Assembly: GCA_965279515.1 (NCBI GenBank)
Contig: CBDIID010000003.1
Coordinates: 2,272,001 to 2,336,000 of the forward strand
Direction: 5' to 3'
From: Turneriella sp.
Lineage (GTDB): Bacteria; Spirochaetota; Leptospiria; Turneriellales; Turneriellaceae
Length of the DNA stretch: 64,000 bases
Part shown: piece by piece, positions 58,742 through 64,000 of the stretch
Position numbering within the stretch: position 1 is the stretch's first letter
How the letters are laid out: every line of letters starts with the position of its first letter
The notes under the pieces: generated by a model
The model's input: only the letters and a program-made list of their open reading frames with translations
Databases searched by the model: none
Told to the model about the DNA's origin: nothing
Program-made: the position numbers and the translations under genes

Positions 58742-59757
58742 TTTCCCGGTTTATAACGGCTCGTATAGCGGTAGTTGCTGACAAGCGAAGTCAGGTATGC
58801 CGTGAACTGGATCAACGTTTCGGCGGCGATGGCTGGGTCGGTTTCCAGCTTCAGCGTTTCACAACGCTTTTTCAAGCGGCTTAATAGGTTCTTAATCATC
58901 ACCTTCTTCTCGCCCGTACTGCGCCCAACATAGTTTTCGAGCTGGCGCCGGTGGCTGGTAAGAAAACGCGCGGCTGAATTCTTCTTCTTGAATTCACGCA
59001 CCGGAAAAATCAGTTTCAGGTCTGCGTCAAAGAAATCCGCTTCGTGCTCAATGTAAAGCTTGCGTTTCTGCCGGTAGTGGTTATCGAGCCTTTTCTTCAG
59101 CGATTCGATCCGAAAAAAGAATTCCGAGCGCGGCACGCGTACAGTCTTAGCGCCAATCGAGGGCACAAGTCCCTCGATATACTCGAGCTTGTGCAGAGCC
59201 GGCCAGTCGGCGTAGAGCTCGCGCCAGTTCTCCTCGGGGTTGAGCCAGACCGCAAAGGTCTCGGCGAAATCTTCTTCGGGATGGCTCTGCGCGTAAAAAT
59301 CTTTGAGATTGCGTACATACGATTTGCTATAAGGCCGGTACTTATAGTAGTCGCTGAATGCCTTGCGCGGATGCCCAAAAACTTCGCGCCAGGTCTTGCG
59401 TTTAGTCAGCTGGAACGCATGCACAAAGGCGTGGCCGCATTCATGCCGCAAAAGCCGCATCGCCTCTGCCCGGTCTTCGCCCTCGGCTTCGCCGATCATC
59501 TTCTTTTCGAGCTGTATGAGACGGGGGTGCGTCAGGTAAAAGGGCAATGCAATCGCCGCGACACCATCCGGAGAAAACCACTCATCGCCGAGATAACAGG
59601 GCGGCCTGAAAGAGAGCCCCCGCGCCGAGAGCTCCGCATAAAGCTTTTCAATGATCTCCTGCAGCCAGGTATTTTCAATACGTATCGGCAGATGCGAAAG
59701 TTTTAGCTGCAATAGCTGCTTTTCATCGATGCTGTTGAGATCGATCGCATTTGGCAC
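58738..59757 (-). CDS. Putative zinc-binding metallopeptidase
   Basis: LRHECGH and YAQSHPEEDFAETFAVWL. Confidence 0.82.
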   Translation of the reverse strand: MPNAIDLNSIDEKQLLQLKLSHLPIRIENTWLQEIIEKLYAELSARGLSFRPPCYLGDEWFSPDGVAAIALPFYLTHPRLIQLEKKMIGEAEGEDRAEAMRLLRHECGHAFVHAFQLTKRKTWREVFGHPRKAFSDYYKYRPYSKSYVRNLKDFYAQSHPEEDFAETFAVWLNPEENWRELYADWPALHKLEYIEGLVPSIGAKTVRVPRSEFFFRIESLKKRLDNHYRQKRKLYIEHEADFFDADLKLIFPVREFKKKNSAARFLTSHRRQLENYVGRSTGEKKVMIKNLLSRLKKRCETLKLETDPAIAAETLIQFTAYLTSLVSNYRYTSRYKPGK

Positions 59758-59861
59758 GGCAGCGTCTCATTCAGGTCCAGATGCTCTGTGCCAACCATTT
59801 TACGTCGCAAAACAAGGATCAATTGGATCGACGCCTGAATGCTCGATGCAGAACCTTACCC

Positions 59862-60668
59862 ATGACCCCTTCAGTAAAACTCCATGACGGCCACTCCATC
59901 CCCTGCCTCGGTTTCGGGGTCTGGAAGGCGTCTTCGGGGGATTGTTACAATGCGGTGAGAACCGCGCTTGATGCCGGCTACCGCCACATCGACACGGCGC
60001 GCATCTATGGCAACGAAGAGGACGTCGGCCGCGCTATCAAGGACAGCGGAATTCCCCGCAGCGAAATTTTCGTCACTACAAAACTCTGGAACTCCGATCA
60101 GGCAAAGGCAGCGATGGCCTTCGACGACAGCCTCGCGCGCCTGGGCCTCGATTATGTGGATCTATACCTCGTACACTTCCCGGTCACGAAGACGCGCCTG
60201 GCCGCGTATGCCGAGCTGGAAAAAATCCATGCTTCAGGCAAGGCGCGCTCGATCGGTGTCAGCAATAATATGCCCGCCCACCTCGATGAACTGTTGAAGG
60301 TCGCTAAGATAAAGCCGGTGGTGAACCAGATCGAACTGCACCCCTGGCTGGCGCAGAAAGAATTGAAAGCTTATTGCGAATCGCGCGAGATCAGAATTCA
60401 GGCCTACAGCCCGCTCGCGCACGGCCAGAAAACCGGGGATGTCTCGCTGCAGCCCGTCGCTGCCAAACACGGCAAAAGTATTGCCCAGGTGTTGCTGCGC
60501 TGGTCGGTACAAAAGGGCAATATTGTTCTCGTGAAGTCGGTGTCGCCGCAGCGCATTCTGGAAAATTTTTCTATCTTTGACTTTGAGCTCGATACCGCCG
60601 ACCTCAATCTGATCGACGGTCTCGATGAAAATCTCAGGACCTGCTGGGATCCGTCAGGTACGCCTTAG
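59862..60668 (+). CDS. Aldo/keto reductase
   Basis: GYRHIDTARIYGNE, TTKLW, DLYLVHFP, IGVSN, NQIELHP, AYSPL; ATG 59862 chosen. Confidence 0.93.
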   Translation: MTPSVKLHDGHSIPCLGFGVWKASSGDCYNAVRTALDAGYRHIDTARIYGNEEDVGRAIKDSGIPRSEIFVTTKLWNSDQAKAAMAFDDSLARLGLDYVDLYLVHFPVTKTRLAAYAELEKIHASGKARSIGVSNNMPAHLDELLKVAKIKPVVNQIELHPWLAQKELKAYCESREIRIQAYSPLAHGQKTGDVSLQPVAAKHGKSIAQVLLRWSVQKGNIVLVKSVSPQRILENFSIFDFELDTADLNLIDGLDENLRTCWDPSGTP

Positions 60669-62008
60669 GCCGTTCTGAATTTCTGCCAGACGAAAAAGCT
60701 CACCGCACCGACGGCGGTAATACCGATCGCCCACAGCGACTGCTCGGTGCTGTAAATCAGCGATGAAATCATCATAAAGGCCGAAGCCACAAGATACAGC
60801 ACCGGAAAAAGCGGGAACAGCGGCGAGCGGTAAGGCCGGTTCGCGATCACTCCCATATGTTTAATGTAGTGTGCATAGAGCAGACCAAATACGGTCAGCC
60901 ACGGGAAAAAGCTGAGCGCAAAACCCATGAAGATGAGCAGTTTCAGAGTTCCACCGAAACCAAACGAGATGATATAGACGACGCTGATTGCGGTCTGCAA
61001 CAGAATCGCAAACGCGGGTGTGCCGAGCTTCGGCTGCACTTGCGCAAGCTTTTTGAAAAGCAGGCCCTGGTCTGCCATCGCATAATAGACACGCGGCCCG
61101 ATCATCACTTCTGCTGAAACCGATGAAACCAGGAAAAAGGCGATGAGGAACGACAAGGCCGCCCCGCCGACTTTACCCAGGAGCGCGGTGAAAGCGTTGA
61201 GGGCGAGATCCGTCGTCTCACGGTTGAGTCCCGCAAACTTTAAGAAGTTATAGTTGAGAATGACATAGACCGCGCAGGTGATGAGCGTACCGATCACCAT
61301 CGCGCGCGGCAGGTTCTTAATCGGGTCTTTGACTTCGGCACCGAGGTAGGACGCCGCGTTCCAGCCGCTGTATGCAAACATGACGGTGAGAACGAGACTT
61401 CCCCACTTCCAGAACTCCGGTTGCGCGGTGGCCGGCATCACCGCCGGCGCCCCACCCGGAGCGACGACAAAAAACAGCGCAATCGCCACAACAAAGATCA
61501 GGAGTGTTTTTGCGGCCGTGAGAAAATTCTGCAGACCTTCGCCGAGCTTCACACGGCCGATATGGAAGCCTGCAAGAATGACCGGGATAAACGCCGCAAC
61601 AAGCCGCAGCTTGAAATCCGACATCTGGACTTCGCTGCCCCGCATCTGCGTCAAACCCCGCACAACCAGGTCGACAATAACGAGGGATGTGAAAGCAATC
61701 GGCGCAGAAAAGCCGACGGTCAGTGAAATGAAACCCGTGAGAAAGGCGGGTAGCTTACCGAAGATGCGGTTAAGATAAGCAAACTCACCGCCCGCTTCGG
61801 GATAGGCTGCCGCAAGTTCGGCATAGCTCAGTGCTCCCGAAAGTGCCACCAGGCCCCCAATGGCCCAGAGCGCCACGATCACCATCGGTGTGAGGTGAAT
61901 ATCAAACAACAGCTCATTGCTCGTACGAAAAACGCCTGAACCAATCATCGAGCCGATGACCGTAAATGCCGCCGTCAAAAACCCCAGCTGCCGTGTTAAA
62001 CCTGCCAT
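60665..62008 (-). CDS. APC family amino acid permease
   Basis: IGSMIGSGVF, YAELAAAYPEAGG, FAYSGWN, EVKDPIKNLP. Confidence 0.92.
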   Translation of the reverse strand: MAGLTRQLGFLTAAFTVIGSMIGSGVFRTSNELLFDIHLTPMVIVALWAIGGLVALSGALSYAELAAAYPEAGGEFAYLNRIFGKLPAFLTGFISLTVGFSAPIAFTSLVIVDLVVRGLTQMRGSEVQMSDFKLRLVAAFIPVILAGFHIGRVKLGEGLQNFLTAAKTLLIFVVAIALFFVVAPGGAPAVMPATAQPEFWKWGSLVLTVMFAYSGWNAASYLGAEVKDPIKNLPRAMVIGTLITCAVYVILNYNFLKFAGLNRETTDLALNAFTALLGKVGGAALSFLIAFFLVSSVSAEVMIGPRVYYAMADQGLLFKKLAQVQPKLGTPAFAILLQTAISVVYIISFGFGGTLKLLIFMGFALSFFPWLTVFGLLYAHYIKHMGVIANRPYRSPLFPLFPVLYLVASAFMMISSLIYSTEQSLWAIGITAVGAVSFFVWQKFRTA

Positions 62009-63214
62009 TTAGGCCTCCTTCCGGTGTGCCACCATCAAATTCGAACGCGGTGGATTTCTCAGTGAACCATAACCAAAATGAAAAGGTAAATCGGGCGGAT
62101 TTCTCTCTTTATAGAGCCCGGTGAGTTCGGGCTGCACCGGGTTCGCCGGCACTATGCCGCGCAGGGGTTTCGGCCCGGTAAAATGCCCATAGATGGCGAC
62201 ATCCCAGTTATCACGCAGATCAATATAACGAAAGCCCGAATCGTCCTGTACAAGTACGTCCGGAATCTTCATGAAGAACTCCTTTACGGGCATAAAAGAC
62301 GGATTGTGCATCAGGTAGATCGCCGCCTTCATGAGCATCATGCTGCCGCGTTTTTGCTGTAAAAACTTCGCCAGCGGATAATTCGCGGCCACGCTTTGGC
62401 GATCGAGATACTGCTCGATATATGTCAGCGAGCGCACACGCTTATCGCCTTCGACGCGAAACCAGATGCGCACGCCGCGCGGTTTGAAATCCAAATTCGG
62501 ATCATCTAAGACGACGGGATTGCCGTCGCCTGAAAGATAAATCTTCTCCATGTCGACGATGCGCCAGCCAAGACCTGAAGCAAACGCCAACAACACGGGG
62601 GCAATCCCCGGAATTTGATCATTACCGATAATGTTGATGCGCATGTGCGCCGAGAAAAAATAATTGCGGTCGGCGATGTTGTTGATCACCGAGCGCGTGT
62701 TTTTGAGCCCGCGGTAATACTGCGCCGTCTGTTTTTCGGGCTGCGGAATATCACCCGCCTTTTCGAGCGCGACCATGATATATTCGCTGGCCTGCGGACA
62801 GATAGTGTAGAGATTGATGATGTCGGCGCCGCTTAAGGGATAAATCGCCGGCCGGTCTTCGCGGCAGACGATGCCGTTAGGATTGCGATTGAGCGTCGAC
62901 TCGCGCCATTCGCTGACCGGGCCGATGTTGTGCGTGCGCACCTTGTTCCAGAAGATTGCCATCTTCTCGCGGTGCTCGGCATATTCCGGCCCTTTCGTGT
63001 AGGGGACCAGTTTCGAATCGGCAGGAATCTCAAAGCCGCCGAGATAACGCGCCATGTCGTCGAAATAATAGCCGCTGCGGCCATCCTGCATGGCGCCCGC
63101 AGCGCGGCCGCTTTTCTCATCGACGACCGGGCCGCTCTGGCAGAAGCAAAGAAACAGGGCGAGTAACCCCCACCCCTTATGAGCGGAGAGTGCCAGGGGG
63201 TGGGGTTCTTTCAA
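62009..63214 (-). CDS. Hypothetical lipoprotein, tandem paralog A
   Basis: 401 aa, LCFC lipobox-like motif; IYPLSGAD, KAAIYLMH, VQDDSG, LPFHFGY. Confidence 0.78.
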   Translation of the reverse strand: MKEPHPLALSAHKGWGLLALFLCFCQSGPVVDEKSGRAAGAMQDGRSGYYFDDMARYLGGFEIPADSKLVPYTKGPEYAEHREKMAIFWNKVRTHNIGPVSEWRESTLNRNPNGIVCREDRPAIYPLSGADIINLYTICPQASEYIMVALEKAGDIPQPEKQTAQYYRGLKNTRSVINNIADRNYFFSAHMRINIIGNDQIPGIAPVLLAFASGLGWRIVDMEKIYLSGDGNPVVLDDPNLDFKPRGVRIWFRVEGDKRVRSLTYIEQYLDRQSVAANYPLAKFLQQKRGSMMLMKAAIYLMHNPSFMPVKEFFMKIPDVLVQDDSGFRYIDLRDNWDVAIYGHFTGPKPLRGIVPANPVQPELTGLYKERNPPDLPFHFGYGSLRNPPRSNLMVAHRKEA

Positions 63215-64000
63215 CCCTGTCTCCGATGCGCGACGATCAGGTTTGAGCGCGGCGGGCGCCGCAGCGAGCCGTAGCCGAAATGGAATGGCAGGTCCGGCGG
63301 ATTTCTCTCGATATAGAGTGCAGTGAGTTCCGGTTGGGGAGCATATCTGCGGAAGAAGGCGTCACCGAGGGGGACAGGCGCGCGGTAATAACCGTAAAGA
63401 CTGACTTCGAAACCAGCAGTCAGATCGAGATAACGGAAGCCCGAATCGTCCTGGACGACATAATCTGAAACTTCGATAAACATATCACGCACGGTCGCCA
63501 TCGCGGGATTGTGCATCACGTATGAAGCGGCTTTGAACAGGATCAATCCGCCTTTTCTTTGCTGAAAAAACTTATTCAGGGGATGCGTCTTTTCGGCGCT
63601 CTGCGCATTCAGATATTGTTCGATGTAAGTCAGTGAGCGCAGGCGCTTATCGCCCTCGACGCGAAACCAGATGCGCACGCCCCGCGGTTTTTGCTCGCTG
63701 GTCACCTGGTCGATGACGGGCTTGCCATCCTCATCGAGATGGAATTTTTCCATGTCGACGATGCGCCAGCCGAGCCCCGAGGCGAAGGCCAGCAGCACGG
63801 GGGCAATCCCCGGTATTTCGGCATTGTTGACGAGGTTGCGCCGCATTTGCACAGAAGAGAAATAGTTGCGTTCTGCGATGTTGCCGATCACCGCGCGCAT
63901 ATCGCGCAGATTTTTGTAATACTGCGCTGTCTGTTTTTCGGGACGCGGAATATCACCCGCCTTCTCGAGTGCGACCATGACGTACTCGGTCGCATGCGGG
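63211..64000 (-). CDS. Hypothetical protein, tandem paralog B; 5' end outside window
   Basis: Shares long identical blocks with 62009-63214 (MVALEKAGDIP, IPGIAPVLLAFASGLGWRIVDMEK, ERNPPDLPFHFGYGSLR). Confidence 0.8.
   Translation of the reverse strand, partial: PHATEYVMVALEKAGDIPRPEKQTAQYYKNLRDMRAVIGNIAERNYFSSVQMRRNLVNNAEIPGIAPVLLAFASGLGWRIVDMEKFHLDEDGKPVIDQVTSEQKPRGVRIWFRVEGDKRLRSLTYIEQYLNAQSAEKTHPLNKFFQQRKGGLILFKAASYVMHNPAMATVRDMFIEVSDYVVQDDSGFRYLDLTAGFEVSLYGYYRAPVPLGDAFFRRYAPQPELTALYIERNPPDLPFHFGYGSLRRPPRSNLIVAHRRQG

Overview
Gene-dense, moderately GC-rich bacterial chromosome segment. Gene content (spirochaete-type lipoprotein signals, Leptospira-type HAMP/PP2C-TPR proteins, an extra FliG, a LipL45/FecR-like lipoprotein) points to Leptospiraceae, possibly Turneriella; this is inference only. 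1-19107 is one long + strand run: parA-like gene, membrane protein, 2518-aa PD40/TPR lipoprotein, GAF-PP2C phosphatase, RsbW-like kinase, STAS protein, FliG-like protein, acyP, waaA, clpP, clpX, lon. The middle holds lipoproteins, lipid-metabolism genes (Baeyer-Villiger-type monooxygenase, thiolase/DUF35, acyl-CoA ligase) and a TonB receptor/binding protein/HAMP-PP2C module. It is followed by a minus-strand RNase Z-YgjP-RdgB-tRNA-Arg-prfA-ftsW cluster, a CHAT protease, yhhQ, tldD, rlmN, leuB, an ATP-grasp/zinc-peptidase pair and tandem unknown lipoproteins. No transposase, phage, CRISPR or rRNA was seen. Most notable: the ClpP has Asn at the catalytic Ser position (S98N); two partner-switching modules have no sigma factor nearby; a 145-bp nested cruciform lies at 37.65 kb; two abutting perfect palindromes precede the thiolase; a dispersed C/G-rich REP-like family includes one copy inside a CDS; and -35-like hexamers recur 33-35 nt before SD-less start codons. 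All family calls come from motif recognition by eye; no searches were run.
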